A stretch of 64,000 nt of DNA from an uncultured Acidobacteriota bacterium. Its GTDB lineage: Bacteria; Acidobacteriota; Thermoanaerobaculia; UBA5066. This document shows positions 27,803 to 37,489 of this stretch, in pieces. The notes below the pieces were generated by a model. That model ran no database searches. It was not told where the DNA came from and worked only from the letters and a program-made list of their open reading frames with translations. Each line of letters opens with the position of its first letter. Position 1 is the stretch's first letter. The stretch lies in assembly GCA_963779415.1 (NCBI GenBank), contig CAVZYA010000001.1, positions 576,001 through 640,000 of the forward strand. Reading direction: 5' to 3'. Both the position numbers and the translations under genes were made by a program.

Positions 27803-28465
27803 ATGTTCGTCTCGAAGTGGATGAGCCCCAACGTGATCTCGATGGACAAGAACGAGTCGCTCGGAACGGCAATCCGGCTCATGCGGGAACACCGGATCCG
27901 CCGCCTGCCGATCGTCTCGAAGGGGAAGCTCGTCGGCATCGTCTCCGACCGGGACCTCAAGGGAGCGCTCCCGTCGAACGCGACGTCGCTCGACGTCTGG
28001 GAGCTGCACGGCCTCCTCGACCGGCTGAAGATCTCCGACATCATGACGAAGAACGTCATCACGACGACGCCCGACGCCACGATCGAACGCGTCGCCCTGA
28101 CCATGATGGAAAAGAGGATCGAAGGGATCCCGGTTCTCGGCCCCAAGGGAGACCTCGTCGGGATCGTGACGGAAGGGGACATCTTCCGGGCCCTGGTGGA
28201 GGTCACCGGCGTCCGCCGGAGATCGACCCGCATAAGCCTCACGCTCGAGGACAAGCCCGGGTCGATCATGGGCGTCGCCGACCTCGTGCGGGCCAGGGGA
28301 GGAAGGATCTTCTCCATCCTCACCACGCAAGCCAAGGTCCCGAACGGCAGCCGGGATCTCGTCATGCGGATCGAGATCTCCGATGCGAAAGCCGCCGAGA
28401 TCAGGAAAGAACTGATGGCCCGGTATGGCGAGGTCAGCGTCCTTTCCGACGCCGGGACCTCCTGA
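27803..28465 (+). CDS. Second AcuB-type CBS-pair + ACT protein
   Basis: IRRLPIV..KLVGIVSDRDLKGALPSNATSLDVWEL..LL typical of AcuB; ACT-like EDKPGSI. Confidence 0.85.
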   Translation: MFVSKWMSPNVISMDKNESLGTAIRLMREHRIRRLPIVSKGKLVGIVSDRDLKGALPSNATSLDVWELHGLLDRLKISDIMTKNVITTTPDATIERVALTMMEKRIEGIPVLGPKGDLVGIVTEGDIFRALVEVTGVRRRSTRISLTLEDKPGSIMGVADLVRARGGRIFSILTTQAKVPNGSRDLVMRIEISDAKAAEIRKELMARYGEVSVLSDAGTS

Positions 28466-28522
28466 GGCGCTGACGGGCCCACGTCGTCCGTAGGTTCGGG
28501 GAGCGCCGGGCTACACTCGGGC

Positions 28523-29914
28523 GTGCCCCTCGCGATTCGCCTCGCGGCGCACCGGAGCGCAACGCAGGCTTCCTCCCCGAACCCGCGCTGGGCCCTCGCG
28601 GCCGGCTTCGGCGGGCTCCTGGTCCTCATGCTGTTCGCCGGACTGGATGCGGGGCTTCTCGTCCGGAAGACGGAGACCGAGAACGAGAGGATCCGGATCG
28701 AGTTCCTCCAGCGGCTTCAGATCCTCGAGAAGATCCGATCGGACCTCTATCTCTCCGGCACGTTCGCGCGCGACTACCTCCTCGAGCCGGAGGAGGGGAA
28801 AGTGGATTCCCACCGGGCCCTTCTCGAGGCGACCCGAAAGGAGATGGACGAGATCCTCGCCCGCTATGTCGCTCTCCTTCCGCAGGGGGAAGCTCCCGCG
28901 GTCGTCGACCTCCAGCGGGAGCTCTCGGACTACTGGCGGGCCCTCGCTCCGGTCCTCCGCTGGTCCCCCCAGGAGCGCCGCGAGAGGGCCTCTGCGTTCT
29001 TCTCGTCCGAGATCGTGCCGAGGCGGATCGGAATGCTGGGGATCGCCGACCGGATCGCGCGGATGAACCAGGATCAGCTCGCCGCCGGCGAGCGCCGGGT
29101 GGACGCGCTCTTCGCGCGCGTGAAGACCCATCTCACGGTCGCGCTCATTGCCTCGCTCGCCCTCGGGCTCGTCTTCGCCGGGCTCGTCGTCCGACGGATC
29201 CTTCACCTCGAGGAGGTGGCGCGCCGGCGCTACACGGAGCTCGAGGCGGCCCGGAAAGAGCTTCAGGAGCTGTCGGCACGCCTCCGCGACGTGCAGGAGT
29301 CGGAGCGCCGGACGATCTCCCGGGAGCTGCACGACGAGGTGGGACAGGCGCTCACGGCGCTGATCGTCGAGCTGGGAGAGCTCGAGACGGCGGCGTCCGG
29401 CCCCGCCGACACCGGCCTCAGGGCACAGGTGGCGCAGATCCGGAAGCTCGCCGAGGAGACCGTGGGGGTCGTCCGGAACATGGCGCTCCTCCTCAGGCCC
29501 TCGATGCTCGACGACCTTGGACTCGGCCCCGCCCTCAGATGGCAGGCGCGCGAAGTGAGCAAGCGCTCGGGACTGAGGGTGGACGTGGCCGCGAGCGACG
29601 AGCTCGACAGCCTCCCCGACGAGTACAAGACCTGCCTCTACCGCGTCGTGCAGGAGGCGCTCCACAACTCCGTGCGACACGCCCGGGCCACGCACGTCCG
29701 GATCGCGGTTCGGGAGGAGCCGGCCCGGATCCTCCTCACCGTGGAAGACGACGGCCGGGGATTCTCGCCGGAGCAGGGGCGGGGCCTCGGAATCCTCGGC
29801 ATCGAGGAGCGTTTCGCCCACCTCGGCGGAACTTTTCGGATCGACTCCGAGCCGGGGGCGGGGACCGTCCTGAGCGGGAGCCTCCCGCTTCCCCCGCGAG
29901 GCCTCGCCTCATGA
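28523..29914 (+). CDS. Sensor histidine kinase (HisKA_3, NarX/UhpB type) with a periplasmic four-helix-bundle-like sensor
   Basis: Two TM helices; QESERRTISRELHDEVGQ, LRPSMLDDLGL, QEALHNSVRHA, EDDGRGF, GLGILGIEER. Confidence 0.92.
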   Translation: MPLAIRLAAHRSATQASSPNPRWALAAGFGGLLVLMLFAGLDAGLLVRKTETENERIRIEFLQRLQILEKIRSDLYLSGTFARDYLLEPEEGKVDSHRALLEATRKEMDEILARYVALLPQGEAPAVVDLQRELSDYWRALAPVLRWSPQERRERASAFFSSEIVPRRIGMLGIADRIARMNQDQLAAGERRVDALFARVKTHLTVALIASLALGLVFAGLVVRRILHLEEVARRRYTELEAARKELQELSARLRDVQESERRTISRELHDEVGQALTALIVELGELETAASGPADTGLRAQVAQIRKLAEETVGVVRNMALLLRPSMLDDLGLGPALRWQAREVSKRSGLRVDVAASDELDSLPDEYKTCLYRVVQEALHNSVRHARATHVRIAVREEPARILLTVEDDGRGFSPEQGRGLGILGIEERFAHLGGTFRIDSEPGAGTVLSGSLPLPPRGLAS

Positions 29915-30561
29915 GACGGATCCGGATCGTCCTCGCCGACGACCACAACCTGATCCGGAGCGGGCTGAGGCTTCTCCTGGAGCGCCAGGAGGACCTGGAA
30001 GTCGTCGGCGAAGCGGGGGACGGGCGCGCGGCGGTCGAGTGCGTCGAGCGGACCGGGCCGGACGTAGTTGTCCTCGACATCGCGATGCCCCTCTTGAACG
30101 GCATCGAGGCGGCCCGCCAGATCGCGGCCCGCTTCTCCGACGTCAAGATCGTCATCCTGTCGATGCACTCCGACGAGAGCTACGTCATCCGCGCCCTGAA
30201 GGCGGGGGCGCGCGCCTATCTCCTGAAGGACTCGGCCGAGACGGACCTGATCTCCGCCGTCCGGGCGGTCACCGCCGGGCGCGCCTTCTTCAGCCCGACG
30301 GTGAGTAAGGTCCTCGCGGAGGACTACGTCCGCCAGCTTCGGCTGCGCGACGAGGACGACAGCTACGAGCTCCTCACCTCCCGCGAGCGGGAGGTCCTCC
30401 AGCTGCTGGCCGAAGGAAAATCGAACAAGGAGGTCGCCTCCGTCCTCGGGATCAGCCTCTACACCGCGGAGACCCACCGCGGGAACATCATCGCGAAGCT
30501 GAACATCCACTCCGTGCCGGAGCTGATTCTCTACGCCGTGAGGAAGGGGATCATCTCGTGA
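29911..30561 (+). CDS. NarL/LuxR family response regulator
   Basis: VLADDH, VVVLDIAMP, YLLK, LTSREREVLQLLAEGKSNKEVA; ATGA overlap with the kinase. Confidence 0.94.
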   Translation: MRRIRIVLADDHNLIRSGLRLLLERQEDLEVVGEAGDGRAAVECVERTGPDVVVLDIAMPLLNGIEAARQIAARFSDVKIVILSMHSDESYVIRALKAGARAYLLKDSAETDLISAVRAVTAGRAFFSPTVSKVLAEDYVRQLRLRDEDDSYELLTSREREVLQLLAEGKSNKEVASVLGISLYTAETHRGNIIAKLNIHSVPELILYAVRKGIIS

Positions 30562-30991
30562 AGGCGCGCGACCGGCACCAGGCGCGCGCACGCCGGAACA
30601 GCCGCACTCCCTCCTCGTCACTCGAGACGTCCGAGAGCACCTCGAATCCTCCGAGGGACGCGAGCTCCTCCCAGAGCGACGCTCCGTCCTGAGGCGCGAG
30701 GAGGACGACGCAGGCGTCCCCGGCAAGGAGCTTCACGGCCCGCTGCCAATCGTCGCCGGCCGTTTCGCGGTCCAGCGCGACGATGGCGCCGCCGGAGGAG
30801 TCGAGGTCCCTGGCCTCGGCGACCGAACCCGCGCCGACGAAGGCGAGCCCGGCACGACCGGCGAGACGGGCGACCCGCTCGCGCCGGGCCGGCGTCGCCG
30901 CGAGGCAGACCAGCCGGCCCGGCTCTCCCGGTGCCGGAGCGGGCCGCCTCCAGCGGAAGACGGAGCCGAAAAGGGAGGGACGCATGCTCAT
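30551..30991 (-). CDS. Degenerate single-domain receiver-like protein
   Basis: IVALDRE...DWQ...VVLL...LWEELASLGGFEVL pattern; ATGA overlap with the TolC stop. Confidence 0.55.
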   Translation of the reverse strand: MSMRPSLFGSVFRWRRPAPAPGEPGRLVCLAATPARRERVARLAGRAGLAFVGAGSVAEARDLDSSGGAIVALDRETAGDDWQRAVKLLAGDACVVLLAPQDGASLWEELASLGGFEVLSDVSSDEEGVRLFRRARAWCRSRAFTR

Positions 30992-32274
30992 TGGAGCGCC
31001 CCGGAGGCGTAGTCGAGGACGGCGCGCCGGGTCAGGTAGTCGTACCGGGCGCGAGCAGCCGAGAGCGAAGCGCCCGTGAGCGCCAGCTCGGCCTGGGAGA
31101 GCTCGACGATCGAGCCGAGCCCGAGGTCGTACCGGCTCTTGGAGAGGTCGAAGGCGCGCTTCGCCTGTTGAACGAGCTCGACCGTCAAGCCGAGCCTCTG
31201 GTACGCCGTCATGGCGTCGAGAAACGCCACCTGGACGTCGCGGGTGATCCTTGTGGCGAGGTCCCGGACGCTCTCGGCGGCCGCCTCTGCCCGCAGCTGG
31301 GCCTCCCGGTGCCGTGCGGAGGTGAGCCCTCCGTTCCAGAGCGGCACCGCGAGGTTCACGCCTCCGGCGGCCCACGAGGGTTTGAGCGCCGGGTTTCCGT
31401 CCCAGACCCGGCCGATCGTGGCGGCAGCGGAGAGAGTCGGGAAGAAGAGGGCGGCCTCTGCCTTCTGGATCTGCCGGGCGGACTCCGCGTCCGACCGCGC
31501 AGCCAGGAGGTCGGGGCGCTGCGCGAGGGCCTGCGTCACGAAGGTCGCTTCCCCCGAAGAGAGCGGCCCGGGGGCGGGGAGATCGACGAGCGCCGCTTCG
31601 GCCACGGAGGGGCTTCCGACGACGTTCGCCAGCTCGGCCCGCGCCGCCGTCACGTCGTTCCGTGCCCCTTCGAGGAGGAGCTTGGCCTCGGTGAGGTTCA
31701 CCTGCGCAAAGCCGACGTCGAGGTCGGACCGCAGCTTGGCATTGGCCAGGGCCCCGATCTGATCGGCCACGAGCTGCCGGGCGGTCACCGTGTCCTCGGC
31801 GACTTTCAGGACCGCCTCGGCCTGGAGGACTCCCGCGTAGGCGCGGCGGACCTCGAGCCGGACCTGCGCCCGAACGTTCTCGGCCCCGTGGCTTCCGGAT
31901 TCCGCCCGGAAGGAGGCGGCGGCTACGAGGTGCGGCGTCCGGCCGAAATCGGTCAGGAGGAGCGTGGCCGCGAGACCGCCCCCGGTGTGGTCGTAGAGGA
32001 TCGGGTTCGTGAGCCCGCCCGCGCCGATACGGCTGCCATCGGAGGTGTCGACGGTCGTCAGGCTCGCGGAGAGCTGCGGCTGGTAGGCCGACTTTTCCTG
32101 CTTCGGCAGCTGGGCGGCCGCGTCGGCCAGAAGCCGCGCGGCGGAGACGGCGGGATTCTGCCTGAGGGCGAGCGCCTCCGCTTCGTCCAGCGAGAGCCGC
32201 ATCGCCTCCGGGCGGGCGGAGCGCGCCGCCAGGAGGGCAACGGCGAGGAGGGGAAGCCGCGGCCTTCGCGTCAT
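30988..32274 (-). CDS. TolC family outer membrane efflux protein
   Basis: LSLDEAEALALRQNP, LLTDFGRT, ALAQRPDL, VPLWNGG, RYDLGLGSIVELSQAE. Confidence 0.9.
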   Translation of the reverse strand: MTRRPRLPLLAVALLAARSARPEAMRLSLDEAEALALRQNPAVSAARLLADAAAQLPKQEKSAYQPQLSASLTTVDTSDGSRIGAGGLTNPILYDHTGGGLAATLLLTDFGRTPHLVAAASFRAESGSHGAENVRAQVRLEVRRAYAGVLQAEAVLKVAEDTVTARQLVADQIGALANAKLRSDLDVGFAQVNLTEAKLLLEGARNDVTAARAELANVVGSPSVAEAALVDLPAPGPLSSGEATFVTQALAQRPDLLAARSDAESARQIQKAEAALFFPTLSAAATIGRVWDGNPALKPSWAAGGVNLAVPLWNGGLTSARHREAQLRAEAAAESVRDLATRITRDVQVAFLDAMTAYQRLGLTVELVQQAKRAFDLSKSRYDLGLGSIVELSQAELALTGASLSAARARYDYLTRRAVLDYASGALQ

Positions 32275-35200
32275 GCGGCCACTCCCTCGGCTCGGCCTCG
32301 GTGCGCCAGGAGATAGGCCGCGGGAACGACGAAGACCGTCAGCGCCACCGAGACGGTCAGACCGCCGATGATCGCCCGCGCGAGAGGTGCGTACGACTCG
32401 CTCCCGGCGCCCAGCTTCAACGCCATCGGCAGGAGACCGATCACCGTGGCGAGCGAGGTCATCAGGATCGGACGGAGCCGGACGCGGCACGAGGTGCGGA
32501 GAGCCTCCTCCAGGGAGAGCCCTTCCTTCCCGAGGTGGCGCGCGAACTCCACGATGAGGATGCTGTTGGAGACCGCGATGCCGACGAGCATGACGACGCC
32601 CATGAGCGACATGACGTTGAGTGTCGTACCGGTCAGGAGGAGCGTCACCAGGACTCCGCTCAGCCCGGGCGGCACGGCGAGGAGGATGAGGAGAGGATCG
32701 AGAAACGACTGGAACTGCGCCACGAGGACGAGGTAGAGGAGAACCGTCGCCAGGAGAAGTCCGACGGCGAAGCTCCGGAACGACGAGCGCATCCCCTGCA
32801 CCATTCCGCGCAGCGTGACGCGGACTCCTTCCGGGAGCTTCGTGTCGGACAGGATCCCTTCGATCCCGGTGGCGATCCGCCCGAGGTCCTCCCCCGACGG
32901 CCGAACGTAGAGATCGAGAACCCGACGGAGCTGGTAGTGGTCGACCTCGGTTGGGGCGCTGATCCGCGTGATCCGGCTGACCGCATCGAGGCGCGCCGGC
33001 TCGGGATGCCCCGAGGCTCGGAGCGGAATCGCGCGGAAATCGGCGAGGCTCTGGACCTGCGTCTCCGGGTACTGGACCGTCAGGAAGTAGTCGTTCCCGC
33101 TCCGCGGGTCGACCCAATAGCTGGGCGCGATCATCTGGTTCGAGGCGAGCGCCGTCACGACGTTGTCGACGACCTCCTTCTCCGAGAGGCCGAGCTGGCC
33201 GGCGCGCGTCCGGTCGACGTCGAGCTTGAGCGCCGGGTAGTCGAGGTCCTGCGGCGTGTAGACGTCCGCGACGCCGCGGATTCCCCGGATGCGCCGCGTG
33301 AGGTCGACCGCGACCTCGTCGCTCTTCTCCAAGTCGGTGCCGTCCACCTGGACGTCGATCGGCGCGGGGAGCCCGAGGTTCAGGACGGCGTCGACGAGGC
33401 CGCCCGACTGGAAGTAGGTGACGAGCTCGGGCATCTCGCGGGCGAGGCGGGCCTTCACCCGGCTCATGTACTCGTAGCTCCCGGTGCGATGCCCCTCCTT
33501 GAGGCTCACCTGCACCGTCGCCATGTGCGGGCCGGCGTTGCTCGTATAGATCGAGGAGAACCCCGGCGTCGTCCCGATGTTGGAGACCACCATGTCGAGG
33601 TCGGCCGGCGGGACCTCCTCACGGATCAGCGCCTCGACTTTCGCCACCTCCGCGCTCGTCACCTCGAGGCGGGTGCCGGAAGGGGCCTTGACGTTGATCA
33701 CGAACTGCCCCGCGTCGGTGCGGGGAAAGAACGAGAGGCCGAGGAGGGGGAAGAGCGCGAGGCTGGCGAGGAAGAGGGCGCCGAAGATGATAAGGAGACG
33801 GGCGGGGCGTTGGAGCGCGAGGGAAGCGAGCCGGTCGTAGCCGGAGAGGAACCGCTCGAACCGGGCGTTGAACCCCGCCTGGAACCGTACGAACGGGGAG
33901 CGGGCCGCCGCGGCGCCGAGTTGCTGGGCCGGGCGGCGGATGAAGCGTGCGCAGAAGAGCGGGACGACGGTCATCGCCACGACGTATGACGCGGCGAGCG
34001 AGAGGACGACGGCAAGGGCGAGCGCGGAGAAGAGGAAGCGGCTCACCCCGTAGAGGAACGTGACCGGGAAGAAGACCACGGCGGTGGTCAGGGTCGCCGA
34101 AAGGACCGGGAGCGCGACCTCCTGCCCCCCCTTCTCGGCGGCCACCTCCGGGGTTTCGCCGAGCTCGAGGTGCCGGAAGATGTTCTCGAGGACGACGACC
34201 GAATTGTCGATGAGACGCGAGAGGGCCAGCGCAAGCCCGCCGAGGACCATGCTGTTCACCGACCCGCCGCCGAGGGACAGCGCGATGAACGTGGCGAGCA
34301 CCGAGAGCGGAATCGAGAAGAAGACCGCTGTCGTGGCGCGGAGGTTCCCGAGGAAGATCAGGATCATCAGCGAGGTCAAAAAGAGGCCGATCCCCCCCTC
34401 GTGCGAGGAGCGTCTCGATGGCGGTCTTGACGAACTGCGACTGGTCGAAGACGACGCGAGTGATGAGCTGCTTCGGCACGTCGACGAGCTTCCGGAGCGC
34501 TTCGCGGGTGCCGTCCACGACGGCGATCGTGTTCGTGTCCCCCCCCTGCTTGAGGATCGGCAGGTAGACGGAGGACTGCCCGTCGACCCGGACGACGTTG
34601 CTCTGGATGGCGTGGCCGTCCTCGGCGTGTCCCACGTCCCCGACCCGGACGGGAACCTCTCCGACCGTCTTGATCGGCAGGGCATCGATGTCGGCCACGC
34701 TGCGAAGCTGCGAGTTCGTGTAGATGTTGTAGTCGTACGGTCCGATCTTCACGTCGCCGGTCGGGAGGATCAGGTTCGAGTCGTTCACCGCGCGGACGAC
34801 GTCCATCACCGAGAGCTGGCGGGACTCGAGCCGGAAGGGATCGGTGTAGACCATGATCTGGCGGTACTTTCCGCCGAAGGGCGGAGGCACCGAGGCCCCC
34901 GGGACGCCCGCGATCTGGTTCCGGACGTCGAACTGCGCGAGGTCGCGGAGCTTCGTCTCCGTGAGGCCCTCTCCCTTGAGGGTGACGAGGCAGACGGGGA
35001 GGCTCGAAGCGTCGAACTTGAGGACGACCGGCGGCAGCGTCCCGGGAGGGAGCCGCCGCAGGTTCGCCATGGCGAGGTTCGAAATCCCCGTGACCGCCGA
35101 GTCGGGATCCGTGCCGGGCTGGAAGTAGACCTTGATGACCGAGACGCCGGGAAGCGAGCGCGACTCGATGTGCTCGATGCCGCTCGCGAGGGTGAAGAAC

Positions 35201-35400
35201 CGCTCGAAACGCCCGGTGATGTCGGTCTCGATCTGCTCGGGCGCCATTCCCGAGTAGAACGTCGCGACGACCACCACGGGAATCTTCATCGCCGGGAACA
35301 TGTCGACCGGCATCCTCACGAGGGCCGTCGTGCCGACGACCGCGATCACGAGGCAGAGGACGACGATGAGGTACGGAGTCCGGATCGCGAAGCGCGGCAT
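32271..35400 (-). CDS. RND efflux permease (AcrB/NolG-like), one apparent frameshift near 34405
   Basis: MPRFAIRTPY..., PPGTLPPVV, IDNSVVVLENI, RLRPILMTSLAT, YAPLARAIIGGL; N-half in ORF 33619-35400, C-half in 32271-34685. Confidence 0.9.
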
Positions 35401-36629
35401 CAGCTTTCGCCCTTTCCGGCGTCGAGCGTAGTCGGCTTCGGGATGACCACCTCACCGGCCTTGAGCGCGCTCCGGCTGCCGATCACGACGAGGTCCCCCA
35501 CCTTGAGACCGGAGAGGACTTCGCAACGGTCGGCCATCTCGGTCCCGAGGGTCACCGGGACGATCTCGACCCTGCCTTCGGCGTCGACTCGGGCCACCGT
35601 CACACTCCCGTCGGCCCGGTCGATGGCGACGACGGGGATCGTCAGGGCCTTCCGGGGGCGGTCGAGCTGGAGGCTCGCCTCGGCGAACATCCCCGGCACG
35701 AGGACGAGGTCCGGGTTCGGGACGTCCACCTCGGTCTCCATCGTCCGGGTATCCGTCCTTACCAGCCCGGCGAAGCGGGCGACCTTTCCCGGGAAGATGC
35801 GCCCGAGTGACGGAACGCGGACGTCGACCGGATCGCCGAGCCGGACATTCGGAACGGCCGATTCGGGGACCGGAAGCTGCAGGCGGAGTAGCGTGTTCTG
35901 CGAGAGCCTCACGAGAGGCCGCGCCTGGGACTGCGAGGCGGTGCCGGCCTGGATCATCGCGCCCGGGTCTGCGAGGCGATCCGTGATGACGCCGGCGAAC
36001 GGAGCCGTCACCCGCGCGTAGTCGAGGAGCGTCTGTTTCCGGTTGCGGTCGGCCTCGGCCACCTTGAGCGCCTCCTCGGCGGCGGACACGGCCGCCCTGT
36101 CCGCGGCCTCCTGCGCTTCGGAGGTCTCGTCGCGCCCCCGGGCATCGTCGAGCTCCTGCTGTGCGACGAGGCCCGGTCGGGACTTCATCACGTCGTCGAG
36201 CCTCGTGTAGGCGAGTTGGGCGACCTGATGCGCCGATTGGGAGCGGACGAGGTCCTGCCGCGCCCGTTCGAGCTCGGCCTCGGCCTCCTTGACCGCGGCC
36301 GCGCGCGCGGTCAGGTCGTCCTGGAGCTCGGGGACCTCGAGCGTCGCGAGGAGCTGCCCTTCGCGAACGCGGTCCCCGACATCGACGTACATCGTCTTCA
36401 CGTAGCCCGAAACCTTCGCCAGAACGTCGATCTGCTGGAAGGCACGGAACTCCGCCGTGAGGACGACGCCGCGCGAGACCTCGGTCGTCGCGGCGGGAGC
36501 GACGGCGACCACGGGGCCTGCCGGGGGCGTGTCGGCCTTCGTCCGATGGATCCGCGAGCAGCCGACGGTGGTTGCGAGGAAGGCGGCGGCCAGCGCAGCG
36601 GCCGCGAAGAATCGAGTTCCTGTCCTCAA
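35400..36629 (-). CDS. RND efflux periplasmic adaptor (MFP), lipoprotein
   Basis: TVGC lipobox; AKVSGYV..VDVGDRV, VTAPFAGVIT, TRTMETEVDVPN...PGMFA. Confidence 0.92.
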   Translation of the reverse strand: MRTGTRFFAAAALAAAFLATTVGCSRIHRTKADTPPAGPVVAVAPAATTEVSRGVVLTAEFRAFQQIDVLAKVSGYVKTMYVDVGDRVREGQLLATLEVPELQDDLTARAAAVKEAEAELERARQDLVRSQSAHQVAQLAYTRLDDVMKSRPGLVAQQELDDARGRDETSEAQEAADRAAVSAAEEALKVAEADRNRKQTLLDYARVTAPFAGVITDRLADPGAMIQAGTASQSQARPLVRLSQNTLLRLQLPVPESAVPNVRLGDPVDVRVPSLGRIFPGKVARFAGLVRTDTRTMETEVDVPNPDLVLVPGMFAEASLQLDRPRKALTIPVVAIDRADGSVTVARVDAEGRVEIVPVTLGTEMADRCEVLSGLKVGDLVVIGSRSALKAGEVVIPKPTTLDAGKGES

Positions 36630-37318
36630 AGTGGCGGCCTCCGGATCTCCTCCCGCAGAGCCTCCAGGGAAAAATCCGGGGAGCTGCAGATCGCGAGGAT
36701 GCGGCGTTCGTGCTTCTCCTGACTCTCAGCGATCTCCGGGAGTTCCGATGCGATCTCGAGCGGAATCGAGAGGACCCCGTGCTCGTCCATCATCAGGAGA
36801 TCTCCGGGATGGATGAGGAGGCCCTCGATCTCGACCGGCTCGCCGAAGCCGATCATGTGCTGGTAGGCGTGGGAGACCGCCACGCCCCTTGCGAGTATCG
36901 GGATCCCGAGCCTTCGGATCGCGTCGAGGTCCCGGACGGCGCCGTCGGTGACGATCCCGCCGCAACGGAGGGCCTTCAGAATCGCGACGTGAATTTCGCC
37001 GATCACGGATGCCGTGCGGGGGCGAGGATCGTCATCCCGGATGACGGCGATCCGCGGGCCGCCGAGGCGGCTCATCGTCTCCCACCAGTCGCTCCGGTCG
37101 TCGTAACGTTGGCCGGCGATCGGCGGGTCCGACGACCTGACTCGGCTCGTCACCGCATAGCCGACGACCGTCTGAATGTTGCCGGCCGGGCAGCCGAGGC
37201 GCGGCTGCGTATACCCCTCGTTCCGCAAGCGCAGACCGAACGTCTCGATGGCGTTCGCGACACTGCACGTGCTGAGCCGCTGAAGCGCTTCCAGGTCTTC
37301 TTGGGTGGGGAGCTTCAA
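36626..37318 (-). CDS. RraA family protein (HMG/CHA aldolase / oxaloacetate decarboxylase-like)
   Basis: STCSVANAIE, VGYAVT, GEI, VTDGAVRD, IHPGDLLMMDEHGV; AGGAGG RBS before TTG 37318. Confidence 0.85.
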   Translation of the reverse strand: MKLPTQEDLEALQRLSTCSVANAIETFGLRLRNEGYTQPRLGCPAGNIQTVVGYAVTSRVRSSDPPIAGQRYDDRSDWWETMSRLGGPRIAVIRDDDPRPRTASVIGEIHVAILKALRCGGIVTDGAVRDLDAIRRLGIPILARGVAVSHAYQHMIGFGEPVEIEGLLIHPGDLLMMDEHGVLSIPLEIASELPEIAESQEKHERRILAICSSPDFSLEALREEIRRPPL

Positions 37319-37418
37319 AGGAACCCTCCTCGGCACGGAGAGAATGAGTCCGGCCGGCGGGAGGAGCCATCCCGTCGGGGGGGTAGCCACGACCCCGTCG
37401 GATGGGGAGAGGGCCCCG

Positions 37419-37451
37419 AAAAGCGAAAAGAGGCCGGCAGAAGCCGGCCCC
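37419..37451 (-). terminator. Probable intrinsic terminator after the porin gene
   Basis: Minus strand GGGGCCGGC-TTCT-GCCGGCCTC followed by TTTTCGCTTTT. Confidence 0.6.
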
Positions 37452-37489
37452 GGACCGGGAAACGAGGCGGTGGAGGAGCGGCCTATCGG

